Assembly: GCA_963816185.1 (NCBI GenBank)
Contig: CAWFJJ010000008.1
Coordinates: forward strand, 1 to 64,000
DNA length: 64,000 nt
Origin: Thermoanaerobaculia bacterium
GTDB lineage: Bacteria; Acidobacteriota; Thermoanaerobaculia; UBA5066
Direction of reading: 5' to 3'
Below are positions 50,711-60,141 of this stretch, in pieces (the first letter of the stretch is position 1; every line of letters starts with the position of its first letter). Below the pieces are notes generated by a model. It saw nothing but the letters and a program-made list of their open reading frames with translations, had not been told where the DNA came from and ran no database searches. Both the position numbers and the translations under genes were made by a program.

Positions 50711-52107
50711 TCAGGGAAACGTGACGGTCACGACGGCGCGCCGGTTGCGCGTCGCGTCGGGCGAATCCCCTTCTCCCTTGACCTCGGTCGTGATGCGCGA
50801 GCCGTCGATGCCGTGACGTTTCATGAGGTAATCGCGTGCCGCTTCGGCGCGGGCCTTTGCGAGCGCGGCATGATCCCCGCCCTTCTCCTTCGGGTCGGTG
50901 GAGGCCGAGATCGTGCACGTCGCGGCGAGGTTGTTCTTCAGGCGAAGGGCGACGCCGTCCAGGATGGCCTTCGCGATGTTCGTCAGGCGGCTCTTGGCGG
51001 CGTCGAAGAGGATCTCATCGGTCGTCGAGGTGGAAGGCCGGGCTACGGGAGGGGTGACGGCCTCGCCCGTCGGCGCCGTGACGGGCTCCGGAGCAGGAGC
51101 GGGAGGAGGCGGCGGCACGGGCTCCGTGGCAGGGGCGGGGGTTCGGCTTCGCGCGGCAGGGCGGCGCGAGGCCTCACCACGACGGGCGGAGCCGGCAGGT
51201 AGGAGAGCTGAACGAGGCCGCCGATGTTCGCGGGGGTGCCCCCGTACTTCGCCCAGCGGTCGATGTTCACGCGCACGGCGCCGGACGCCGTGAAGCCGGA
51301 GTCTCCGAACGCGAATCGCCCTCCGAGAGTCGCCTCGGAGAAGTCGGGGGGCTGCGTGTCGCCGCCGTCGTAGTGGACGCGGTTGATCTCACCGATCGCC
51401 TTGAAGACGTTCGGCACCACGGGCACGGCGACACCGACGGCGTTCGTCCACACGTTCGACAGGTCGTACCCCGTGGGCCCGGCGCCCGGGGTCGGCGTGG
51501 GCGTGCCGAGCTTCCCGTTGAGCTGGTAGGCCGACTGGAACGTCACCCAGCCGAACGTGAACGACATGCCGAGGTCGTAGTCCGCGCGGGTGGTTCCGAT
51601 CGCGTTCACGTCGTTCGAGGACTGGGTCGGGATCGCGATACCGCCGAAGAGGGCGACGAGGACCGGGTCCTTCGAGTTGAGGCGTATTTTCGTTCCGAAG
51701 CGGACTTTGTCCGTCTCGCTGTGCGTGAAGCCGCCGAAACGGTAATGCCCGTTCACGAGCCCCTGCCAGTCGAAGTTGGAGGCGTTGTAGCGGTTAAAGC
51801 CCGTGCTCATCGTCGCTTCCCAGCTCGGCATCAGGCCGTACGCGACGGAAAGCCCGAAGCGCTGCAGGTTGTACCGGAGGGGATCGTCCCGGAGCGGGAC
51901 CGTGTTCGGAACGGACGCCGCAGTCCGGTTCCACAGGTTCCAGGACAACCCGAGAGAGAAGCGTCCCTGAGGAAGCATGTCGGCGTTCGTGACCTGGAAG
52001 AGTCCCGTCTCGCCCGTGACCGTGGGAGCTACCTGTGCCGCGAGAGGAGCCGCGAGGACCAGGCACGCGATCGCGCCGAGGAGGAGTCGGGTCCGCATCC
52101 GTCGCAT
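50711..52107 (-). CDS. Outer-membrane beta-barrel plus OmpA C-terminal domain protein, frameshifted near 51140
   Basis: Signal peptide and beta-strand-rich ORF 51043-52107; ILFD, LA..RA, NRRA in ORF 50711-51118; Pro-rich linker. Confidence 0.8.
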
Positions 52108-52257
52108 CGAATCTCCTTTGGTCCGCTCTTGGCCGCAGGGCTCGTTCCTGGCCAGGGCGGGAAAAGTGCCTCGAGTCGTTGTCCAAAAAAGACAGGAATC
52201 GCTGAGAGATTCTAGCGCGTCCTCCGGCGGGAGGCAAACGAAGTCAAGGAGTTACGC

Positions 52258-53175
52258 TCAAAGGAGAGGGTTCATCTTCTCTCGGAACCCTCGCGCCGCA
52301 ACGGGGCCCTTGAGCTTCTCGACCATCTCTTCGAGCGTCCGGATCAGCTCTCGCACGACGTCGAGTCCTCGGCCGCGGTCGAGCTCCAGGAGGGCCGCGC
52401 GATAGGGACGGTCGATCGTCGCATCGCCGGGCGCCACTGCTGCGGCCTCGGCTTCCTGCTTCACTTTCGTGCAGAGGATCTGGAGGCTGCGCTTCTCGTC
52501 GCCCTTCGAGAGCGCCTGGAAGGCTCCGCTGCGGCTCGAGACATTCTGGATCGACTGGCCGATGGGCTGGGGCATCGCGGGAACGGGTGCGGGCGCCGGG
52601 ACTTGGGGAGCGGCCCGACTTGCGGCGCGCGCTTTGCTGATCTCGACGAGCTCGGCCGTGACGAGGCCGTAAAGGGTCTTCGCGACGTCGAACGCCGAGG
52701 ACCGGAGGGCCCGGGCGATCTCCTCGATCGAGCGGCTCCCGTCCGCCTTGGTCACGACCTTCCATTCGAGCGGCGTCAGCGTCACGGGTCCGTTCGCGCC
52801 TTCGCGAGCCACGAGGACGGGAACCGAGTCGGTCCCGGGGATCTTCTTCGAGAGGATCTTCCACTCGTCGCTTCGGCGCGCCGCCTCGAGCAGGAGATTC
52901 GTGTTCGAGCGGCTGATCGTCCGGGATTCGCTCTCGACGCCCGGCGAGAACTGAAACGAGCCCTGGCTCCAGAGCGCGAGCGCGTAAACCGCGTCCTCGC
53001 CCTCGACTTCGCCGAGCTTGGCGTGCGTGATCTGCCCGTTCTGGAGATAGACGTAGCCCTTCTCCGAGGCGCGCGTCATCGAGAACATGCCCGTCTTTCC
53101 AGAGACGGCCACGAGCTGGACGATATCGGAGAGCGGGAGCTCATTGAGGGAGCCTTGAAACGACATCGGGCTCAT
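52258..53175 (-). CDS. DUF4388 (PatA-N-like) domain protein with HTH-like middle region
   Basis: FQGSL..LPL.DIVQL...GKTG, G.ITHA, GSFQF, LLLEAARR.DEW, LTPLEW..DG.RSI.EIA. Confidence 0.8.
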   Translation of the reverse strand: MSPMSFQGSLNELPLSDIVQLVAVSGKTGMFSMTRASEKGYVYLQNGQITHAKLGEVEGEDAVYALALWSQGSFQFSPGVESESRTISRSNTNLLLEAARRSDEWKILSKKIPGTDSVPVLVAREGANGPVTLTPLEWKVVTKADGSRSIEEIARALRSSAFDVAKTLYGLVTAELVEISKARAASRAAPQVPAPAPVPAMPQPIGQSIQNVSSRSGAFQALSKGDEKRSLQILCTKVKQEAEAAAVAPGDATIDRPYRAALLELDRGRGLDVVRELIRTLEEMVEKLKGPVAARGFREKMNPLL

Positions 53176-53216
53176 TCACGATAGCACTGGCGTTTCTCGA
53201 TCGGTGAAGGGGGTCG

Positions 53217-53300
53217 GGGGGAAACACGACCGTGTTTCCCCCATCGCCTACAGATGCTAGCGCGCCCTCCCGGCGCGTGCGAAGCACGCGGCGCGCTAGC
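53217..53300. repeat. REP-like double hairpin
   Basis: GGGGGAAACACG-AC-CGTGTTTCCCCC (53217-53242); GCTAGCGCGCC...GGCGCGCTAGC (53256-53300) with inner CGCGTGC-GAA-GCACGCG. Confidence 0.7.
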
Positions 53301-53837
53301 TCAGCCGGAGGGGCGTCTCCGGATCCCCGGGATAAATGGCGTGAGCACCCGAGGGATCGCCGCGAAGCTCGCGCCGCGCCGCGCGGCGACGAAACCGTAA
53401 GCGAGGGCGGCGGCCGCGGCGTCGGCGGCGTCGAGCGCCAGGCGGCGCCCGAGGAGAGCGCCGACCATGCGGCGCACCTGCTCCTTCTCGGCGCTGCCGG
53501 AACCCGCCACGGCGCGCTTGATCTCGGCGGGAGTCACCTCGGCAATCGGGATGCCGGCCTGAGCGAGCGCGAGAAGCAGAACGCCGCGCGCCTCTCCGAG
53601 GGCGATGAGGCTCTGGGGATTGACGCCGGAGAAGACGCGCTCGATGGCAGCGGTGTCCGGCCGGACGTCGGCAACGACCTCGGCGAGCGCACCGTGCAGG
53701 AAGGAAAGACGCTCGGCGAACGTGCCGTTCCGGGGCGGGCGAAGAACTCCGGCGGCGACGAAAGCGGGGGAGGGAGCGAAATCGACGACGGCCCAGCCCG
53801 CCGCCCGGCTTCCGGGGTCGACCCCGAGGATCTTCAT
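53301..53837 (-). CDS. ruvC: Holliday junction endodeoxyribonuclease
   Basis: ILGVDPG, AIERVF, LGEARG, K..V.G.G.A.KEQV, DAADA; downstream of yebC. Confidence 0.93.
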   Translation of the reverse strand: MKILGVDPGSRAAGWAVVDFAPSPAFVAAGVLRPPRNGTFAERLSFLHGALAEVVADVRPDTAAIERVFSGVNPQSLIALGEARGVLLLALAQAGIPIAEVTPAEIKRAVAGSGSAEKEQVRRMVGALLGRRLALDAADAAAAALAYGFVAARRGASFAAIPRVLTPFIPGIRRRPSG

Positions 53838-53851
53838 CGCGCTCTTACGGT

Positions 53852-54592
53852 CTACTCCGTCAGGTACTTCTCGTCGATGTTGCCGTTCGACCAGACCTTC
53901 TGGACATCATCGTTGTCCTCGATCATCTCGAGGAGCTTCACCAGCGCGGGACTCTTGTCGGCGACGTCGATCGTATTCTGCGGAACCATCTGGATTTCCG
54001 CCGTCTGGATCGGGATGTTCTTCGCCTCGACGGCGGCCTTCACGGCCTCGAGCGAGGCAGGGTCGGTGACGATCTCGAAGACGTCCGGATCCTCGGTCTT
54101 GAAGTCCTCGGCGCCCGACTCGAGCGCGAGCTCCATGAGGACATCTTCTTTCGCGGCGCTCTTTTCGACCGCGACGTAACCCTTCTTCGAAAACTGGAAG
54201 GCCACGGCGCCCGCGGCGGCCAGGTTGCCGCCGTATTTCGTGAGCAGGTGGCGGATCTCGGCGGTCGTGCGGTTCTTGTTGTCGGTCATCGCCTCGACGA
54301 GGATCGCGGCCCCGCCCGGCCCGTAGCCTTCATACGTGACTTCCTCGTATGTCACGCCTTCGAGCTCGCCCGTGCCGCGCTTGATCGCTCTGTCGATGTT
54401 GTCCGACGGCATCGACGCCTTTTTCGCGGCGAGGACCGCCGAGCGCAGGCGCGGATTCGACTCGATGATGCCGCCACCCACCTTGGCGGACATCGTGATT
54501 TCCTTGATCAGCTTCGTGAAGAGGTTCCCGCGCTTGGCGTCGGCGGCGCCCTTCTTGTGCTTGATCGTGCTCCACTTACTGTGACCGGACAT
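53852..54592 (-). CDS. yebC: YebC/PmpR family protein
   Basis: MSGHSKW..IKHKK, YEGYGPGG, TDNKNRT, DDVQKV. Confidence 0.96.
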   Translation of the reverse strand: MSGHSKWSTIKHKKGAADAKRGNLFTKLIKEITMSAKVGGGIIESNPRLRSAVLAAKKASMPSDNIDRAIKRGTGELEGVTYEEVTYEGYGPGGAAILVEAMTDNKNRTTAEIRHLLTKYGGNLAAAGAVAFQFSKKGYVAVEKSAAKEDVLMELALESGAEDFKTEDPDVFEIVTDPASLEAVKAAVEAKNIPIQTAEIQMVPQNTIDVADKSPALVKLLEMIEDNDDVQKVWSNGNIDEKYLTE

Positions 54593-54624
54593 GACTCACC
54601 TCTGGGGCCTTCGGGGCGCGAAGT

Positions 54625-55971
54625 CTAGCAGGGATACCCCTCCAGGCGGCCGTCCCGTCCGGTCGGGAGGAGCCGCGCGAGGAGACGGCGGCCCGGGGCG
54701 TTTTCGCCCGGCGGAAGGCGAAGCCCCACGTCTAGATAGTGATCCGTGAGGCCCCGGTTTCCGCGCAGCGTGACGACGTCTGCCGTCGTCCCGGACGCAG
54801 ACGCGGCGAAGATGTCGGCCTTTTCCTCGCCGAGGCGGCGCAGAGCGCGCGTTCGTTCCGTGACGACCCGGGGCGGCAGAAGACTCGCCTGATGCCAGAC
54901 CGCGGCGTCGGTGCCGGAGCGCGGCGAGAACGGAAACACGTGGAGCGACGCGAAGGGCAGCTCTTCCACGAAGCGCCGCGTCTCCTCGAACTCGGCGTCC
55001 GTTTCGCCGGGGAAGCCGGCGATGAGGTCCGTCGCGAGGTGGAGGCGCGGATTCGCACGCACCGCGCGCGACGCGAGCGCGCGGTAGCGCTCCGGCACGA
55101 TGCCGCGGCGCATCCGCTTGAGGACGCCGAACGAGCCCGACTGGAGCGGGAGATGCAGGTGGGGGACGACGGCGCGCGAGGTGGCGACGAGGTCGACGAG
55201 GCCCTCGCCGGCCTCCATGGGCTCGAGCGAGGAGAGCCGGATTCGGCAGGGGGGCGGGTCGTCTTCGAGCCGCGCAAGGAGATCGACGAGCCGCGTCCCG
55301 CGGTCGTGGCCGAACGCGGCGAGATGGATCCCCGCGAGGACGACCTCGGGCACGCCCGCGTCTCCGAGGCGACGGACGGCGTCGAGGACGTCCTCGATCC
55401 GGGCGCTCCGCTCTTTTCCGCGCAGCGACGGCACGACACAGAACGCGCATCGGCGCTCGCAGCCGTCTTGGATCTTCAGGAACGCGCGCGTCCGGTCCGG
55501 ATCGAGGAGAGCCTCCGGCTGCCGCTCCGAAGCGGGCATCGCGAAGAGCGCGGCGCGAGCCGCCTCGCCGGTCGTGACGATCCGCTCGGGGAGGAGGCCG
55601 GCCTCGTGGGCGTCGAGGATCTCGGGCAACGCGTCCCGCGCGGCGAGAGACACCACGAGGTCCACCTCCGGCATCGCCGCGAGCGATGCGCCGCCTTTCT
55701 CGGCGAAGCAGCCGGTGACGACGAGCGTCGCGCCCGGGTTTTCGCGCCTCAGGCGGCGTACGAGGCGGCGGCCGTCGCGTTCGGCTCGATCCGTGACCGC
55801 GCAGCCGTGCACGAGGAGAACGTCCGCCTCGGCCGGTCCCTCGTCGCGGACCCCTCCGGCGAGGCGCGCGGCGGCCGCGGCGTCGATCCTGCTGACCTTG
55901 CAGCCGAGCGGCGCCGCAAAGACGCGGCGCGAGAGGAGGCGCGTGGTCCCGTTCGTTGACACGGCGGTCAC
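54625..55971 (-). CDS. mtaB: tRNA methylthiotransferase (MtaB-like radical SAM)
   Basis: LGCK, GCAVT, VTGC, RAFLKIQDGCERRCAFC, RLSSLEP, HLPLQSGS, GFPGET, HVFPFSPR.GT. Confidence 0.85.
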   Translation of the reverse strand: MTAVSTNGTTRLLSRRVFAAPLGCKVSRIDAAAAARLAGGVRDEGPAEADVLLVHGCAVTDRAERDGRRLVRRLRRENPGATLVVTGCFAEKGGASLAAMPEVDLVVSLAARDALPEILDAHEAGLLPERIVTTGEAARAALFAMPASERQPEALLDPDRTRAFLKIQDGCERRCAFCVVPSLRGKERSARIEDVLDAVRRLGDAGVPEVVLAGIHLAAFGHDRGTRLVDLLARLEDDPPPCRIRLSSLEPMEAGEGLVDLVATSRAVVPHLHLPLQSGSFGVLKRMRRGIVPERYRALASRAVRANPRLHLATDLIAGFPGETDAEFEETRRFVEELPFASLHVFPFSPRSGTDAAVWHQASLLPPRVVTERTRALRRLGEEKADIFAASASGTTADVVTLRGNRGLTDHYLDVGLRLPPGENAPGRRLLARLLPTGRDGRLEGYPC

Positions 55972-56046
55972 CCCGACGATAATAGATTCTTCCGAAAGGA
56001 GTTGTGCGCGCGGGCGGAGGCCTCGTCCTCCGTCCTCGCATCCGGC

Positions 56047-59000
56047 ATGAAGTTCCTTCTGATCGAGTACGAGCCGCGCTATCTCGAGCGGATCCGCCAA
56101 TACCTGGCGAGCCAGTCGCAGACCGTCGAGCTCGTGATCGGGCGCGATGGCGAGGAAGGGCTCGACCTGTATCGCAAGGCGCGTCCGGATCTCGTGCTCA
56201 TTTCCTCCGTGCTTCCGAAGGTCCGAACGCCCGATGTGATCAAGGGCATGCAGGCGACGGGCCCGACGCCGCCCATCCTCCTCATGATGTCCGGCTACAA
56301 GGGTCGCAACAAGCGTGCGGACGCGCAGCGCGTGGGCGCGACGAGCATCCTCGAGAAGCCGTTCTCGGAGGATGTCTTTCAGGCGGAGGTTGCGATGGCG
56401 CTGGGTCTCAGGCCCGGGATCGAGATGACGACTTCCCCGGGCCCGCCGAGCGATCCGGGCTCCCCTCTCCTCTCGGCCGACGACATCTTCTCGGACGTCC
56501 TGACGGGGCTCGGTGAGGCGCCGCCCGTGAAGCCCGTCTCCCGCGAGATGCCGGTGCCGAGCTCGGTCGAGAAGCGCCTGCACGACACGCTCTCGGGGCT
56601 CATGCCCCCGCCGAAGCGACCGGCGAGCGGATCCGGCGCTCCGTTTCCCTCGGCCGAACGGAGCGACCGACCTGTCGAGCGCACGGCGCGCGTGAACGTC
56701 GCCGAGGCGATGGCGAGCCTCACCGCCCGTCCGCATCAGACGCCGCGCTCCGGCGAATCGGCGGCCCGGGGCATCTCCTCCGTCGACAAGCTCCTGCACG
56801 ACACGCTCTCGGGGCTCATGCCCCCTCCGAAGACGACGGTGGCCGCTCCTCCGTCACGCCCGAGGGAGATCTCGCGCGAGGTCTCGGGAGAGACGCTTCG
56901 GATGAAGGTGTCCCCGGTCCCGCCGCCTGTTCCGCCCGCACCGCCCCCGATGAAGCGGCCGGGTGACACGACCCGTCCGGTCGCCGCCGCGCGTCCCGCC
57001 TCGTCGCCGGGGGCGTTCGGGCGCTATCAGCTCCTCGAGAAGATCGGCGCGGGCGGTATGGCCGAGGTCTTCAAAGCGCGCATGAAAGGCGAGCAGGGCT
57101 TCGAGAAGATCGTCGCGATCAAGCGCATCGTGCCGCACATGGCGACGAACGCCGAGTTCGTGACGATGTTCGTCGACGAGGCGAAGCTCGCGGCTCAGCT
57201 CAACCACAACAACATCACGCACATCTACGATCTCGGGAAGGTCGACGCCTGGCACTACATCGCCATGGAGTACGTCGACGGCAAGGACCTGCGCACGCTC
57301 CTGAAGCTCGGGAAGGAAAGGGGCTTTCCTCTGCCCGCCGAGCTCGCGCTCTTCATCGCCGCGAAGATCGCGAACGCGCTCGACTACGCGCACCGCCGGC
57401 CGGCCCCGGACGGCAGCGAGCTCAACCTCGTGCACCGCGACGTCTCCCCGCAGAACATCCTCATCAGCGACGAGGGCGACATCAAGCTCTGCGACTTCGG
57501 GATCGCGAAGGCCGCGAGCAAGGTGTCGACGACGATGTCGGGCGCGCTGAAGGGGAAGCTGCAGTACATGTCGCCCGAGCAGGCCTGGGGCAAGAGACTC
57601 GACCGCCGAAGCGACATCTTCTCTCTCGGCTCGGTGCTCTACGAGATGCTGACGGGCGCGCCTCTTTTCGAGGGCGACACGGACATGTCCGTTCTCGAGA
57701 GCGTACGGGAAGGCGAGGTCGCGCCCCCCACGTCCCGCGGCGTCGAGGTGCCGAAGCGCGTGGATCAGATCGTCCTCAAGGCGCTCGCGAAGAATCCCCA
57801 GGAGCGCTACCAGAACGCGTCGGAGTTCGAGAAAGACCTGCACGCGGTGCTCTACACGTACCAGCCCTCGCCCGGGCCCGCCGATCTCGCGATTTACATG
57901 CACCGCCTCCTCGAGGCCCCGCCGGCTTCGGACGACGAGATCGACGCCGCCTTCGACGCGGCGCGCGACATGCCCCGCCCGGCCGCGCCGTCGGTCCCCG
58001 TTTCGGGGGTTCCTCCGAAGAAAGGGAAGGGCCTCGTCATCGCGAAGGCGCACACCGGCGATGTCACGCGGCCGTCGCTGCCGTCTCCCGCGCCGCTTCC
58101 CGTGCCGGCGCCCCGCCGCGCAATGGGAGAAAGCGCGGCCGCGCCCGTACTCCCCGCCGCGGGCGAGTCGAAGAAGAGCCGGACCGGGCTCTTCGCCGGG
58201 ATCGGCATCGCGGCGGCGGTGCTCGTCGCCGGCGCGCTCTTCGTGACGAAGGACCGCTGGTCGGGCGCAAAACCGGCTGTCACGGCGCCGGCGCCGAAGA
58301 CGGAGACTCCGGCGACGAGCGCCTCCTCCGCCGCATCCGCGGCACCCTCGCCGGCGCTCCTTGCGGCCGAGCCGGCGAAGATCGTCGACCCGAAGGCCGT
58401 CGAGGCCGAGGCAAGGCGTCTCACGGCCGAGCGCGAGAAGGCGCTGCGCGATGCGGCGGCCAAGCAGCTCGCCGCGACGGGGAAGCCCGCGACCGCATCG
58501 GCCCAACCACCGGCCGTCCTGGGGCTCGCGCCCGTGAAGCCTGCCGAGCCCCCGCGCGCCGCTGACGCCGGCACCGCCTCGGTTCCCGCTCCGAAAGCCG
58601 CCGAGCCTTCCACGGCAGCGGTCGTGCGCGCGCCGGAGACAGTTGCCGAGGCGGCTCCGAAGCCTACGCTGCCGCCGCCCGCCGAGGTCACCCTCCCCGA
58701 GAAGCCCCCCGTGATCCCCGCCGCGTCGAACACGCCGGTTTCGGAAGGCGACCTCGTGGGACCCGGTGAGGGTGTCGTGGAGCCGCGCCTCGTGCGCCTC
58801 GGGAGCCTGGGCAATCTCCCGCCGGAGGCGCGCGAGGTCAGACGCGGGAACGACGGCTCCATCGGAACGCCGATCCTCATGGCGCTCGTGGACGAGCGCG
58901 GCAGCGTCGTGCAGGTCCGGGTCATCAAGCCGTCGCGCTACAAGTTCGTCGACGAGGCCGCCGTGCACGCGTTGAAGGGTGCGACAATCCAGCCCGCGAC

Positions 59001-59058
59001 GAAGGATGGCGTGAAGGTGAAGATGTGGAAAACCTTCCCCATCAACCTGAAGCTCTGA
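56047..59058 (+). CDS. Pseudo-receiver / Ser-Thr kinase / TM / TonB C-terminal domain protein
   Basis: REC-like N-terminus (LIEYE, PDLVLIS, EKPF); GAGGMAEV, HRDVSPQN, DFG, YMSPE; TM GLFAGIGIAAAVLVAGALFV; Pro-rich linker; VDERGSV..V, DEAAV, QPATKDG.KV. Confidence 0.88.
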   Translation: MKFLLIEYEPRYLERIRQYLASQSQTVELVIGRDGEEGLDLYRKARPDLVLISSVLPKVRTPDVIKGMQATGPTPPILLMMSGYKGRNKRADAQRVGATSILEKPFSEDVFQAEVAMALGLRPGIEMTTSPGPPSDPGSPLLSADDIFSDVLTGLGEAPPVKPVSREMPVPSSVEKRLHDTLSGLMPPPKRPASGSGAPFPSAERSDRPVERTARVNVAEAMASLTARPHQTPRSGESAARGISSVDKLLHDTLSGLMPPPKTTVAAPPSRPREISREVSGETLRMKVSPVPPPVPPAPPPMKRPGDTTRPVAAARPASSPGAFGRYQLLEKIGAGGMAEVFKARMKGEQGFEKIVAIKRIVPHMATNAEFVTMFVDEAKLAAQLNHNNITHIYDLGKVDAWHYIAMEYVDGKDLRTLLKLGKERGFPLPAELALFIAAKIANALDYAHRRPAPDGSELNLVHRDVSPQNILISDEGDIKLCDFGIAKAASKVSTTMSGALKGKLQYMSPEQAWGKRLDRRSDIFSLGSVLYEMLTGAPLFEGDTDMSVLESVREGEVAPPTSRGVEVPKRVDQIVLKALAKNPQERYQNASEFEKDLHAVLYTYQPSPGPADLAIYMHRLLEAPPASDDEIDAAFDAARDMPRPAAPSVPVSGVPPKKGKGLVIAKAHTGDVTRPSLPSPAPLPVPAPRRAMGESAAAPVLPAAGESKKSRTGLFAGIGIAAAVLVAGALFVTKDRWSGAKPAVTAPAPKTETPATSASSAASAAPSPALLAAEPAKIVDPKAVEAEARRLTAEREKALRDAAAKQLAATGKPATASAQPPAVLGLAPVKPAEPPRAADAGTASVPAPKAAEPSTAAVVRAPETVAEAAPKPTLPPPAEVTLPEKPPVIPAASNTPVSEGDLVGPGEGVVEPRLVRLGSLGNLPPEAREVRRGNDGSIGTPILMALVDERGSVVQVRVIKPSRYKFVDEAAVHALKGATIQPATKDGVKVKMWKTFPINLKL
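56577..56825 (+). repeat. Exact 33-nt in-frame direct repeat
   Basis: CCTGCACGACACGCTCTCGGGGCTCATGCCCCC at 56577-56609 and 56793-56825 (LHDTLSGLMPPPK twice). Confidence 0.9.
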
Positions 59059-59089
59059 TCCCGTCAAGCGGGATTTTCGAGGAGAACGC

Positions 59090-59311
59090 ATGAGCCTTTC
59101 CGACGAACAGAGAAAGTTCTACGAGAACACGCTCAAGGTGACGAAGGTCGAAATCGACCAGCTTGAGGGGGAGATCCAGGCCGAGCTCGCGAAGGTCAAG
59201 GAACGGCTCGCGGACCTCCAGAACGCGCAGAAAGCGGCGCGTCAGATGTACGGGGCGGCGTGCCTCAGGCTCGGAATTTCGAACGACCTCGAGGAAGCCG
59301 AGGAACCCTGA
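59090..59311 (+). CDS. Small coiled-coil hypothetical protein
   Basis: SD GAGGAG, typical codon usage, heptad-rich IDQLEGEIQAELAKVKERLADLQ. Confidence 0.8.
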   Translation: MSLSDEQRKFYENTLKVTKVEIDQLEGEIQAELAKVKERLADLQNAQKAARQMYGAACLRLGISNDLEEAEEP

Positions 59312-60141
59312 TCCGCGTCTTCGGTCTTCTCTCCCTCGGTCTCGCGCTTCTCGCTTCTCCGGCCCCGACCCGATCACCGGCCGCGCCTCGGCGCATCGTC
59401 GCTCTCGCTCCCTCCGCGGCCGAGATTCTGTTTGCGCTCGGGGCCGCGCCGCGCGTCGTCGGCGTTTCCGATTTCGCCGACGATCTCCCCGAAGCCGCCG
59501 GGAAAGCGCGCGTCGGGGGCTTCGCGCCGGATCTCGAACGCGTCGTCTCTCTCTCGCCGGATCTCGTCGTCGTCTCGAAGGACGGCACCGATCGCGCCGC
59601 GTACGAAAAGCTCGCGTCCCTGGGGCTCCCGGTCGTCGTGACGAGCGGAACGACGCTCTCCGGCATTCTCGAGGACGTGACCCGCGTGGGGCACGCTCTC
59701 GGTGACGACGACCGCGCCCGGGCTCTCGTGCAAACCCTCACGAAGCGCATCGCCGCGGCGGAGGCTCTCGGGCGCACCCGTCCGAGGATGCGGGCCCTCG
59801 CGCTCATCTGGCCGGATCCTCCCGTGGCGGCCGGCGCGGGCACGTTCATCGGAGACGTCGTAGCGCGCGCGGGGTTCGCGAACGTCGTGCCGGAATCCGC
59901 GGGCGATTGGCCGCGCGTCTCGTTCGAGACCCTCGCCGCATGGAATCCCGACCTCGTGATCCGCCCCGAGACTCCGGAGAACGCCGAGGTGTTCGCGCAC
60001 GCGTTCTCTGACGCGCGCTGGCGTCTCGTCAGGGCGGTGAGCGACGGTCGCGTCGTCGTGCTGCCCGGGAACCTTCTCGAGCGGCCGGGCCCGCGCCTCG
60101 TCGAGGCGCTCGAGCGGCTCGCGGCGGTGCGCGTGCCGTGA
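59308..60141 (+). CDS. Cobalamin/heme/siderophore ABC substrate-binding protein (BtuF-like)
   Basis: RIVALAPS..EIL..LG, VVGVS, PDLERV..L.PDLV, ERPGPRL; start uncertain (CTG at 59308). Confidence 0.85.
   Translation: MIRVFGLLSLGLALLASPAPTRSPAAPRRIVALAPSAAEILFALGAAPRVVGVSDFADDLPEAAGKARVGGFAPDLERVVSLSPDLVVVSKDGTDRAAYEKLASLGLPVVVTSGTTLSGILEDVTRVGHALGDDDRARALVQTLTKRIAAAEALGRTRPRMRALALIWPDPPVAAGAGTFIGDVVARAGFANVVPESAGDWPRVSFETLAAWNPDLVIRPETPENAEVFAHAFSDARWRLVRAVSDGRVVVLPGNLLERPGPRLVEALERLAAVRVP

Noticed and set aside
59059-59307. Cobalamin riboswitch before the BtuFCD-like genes
   Set aside because: The region is occupied by a small CDS and no B12-box is visible
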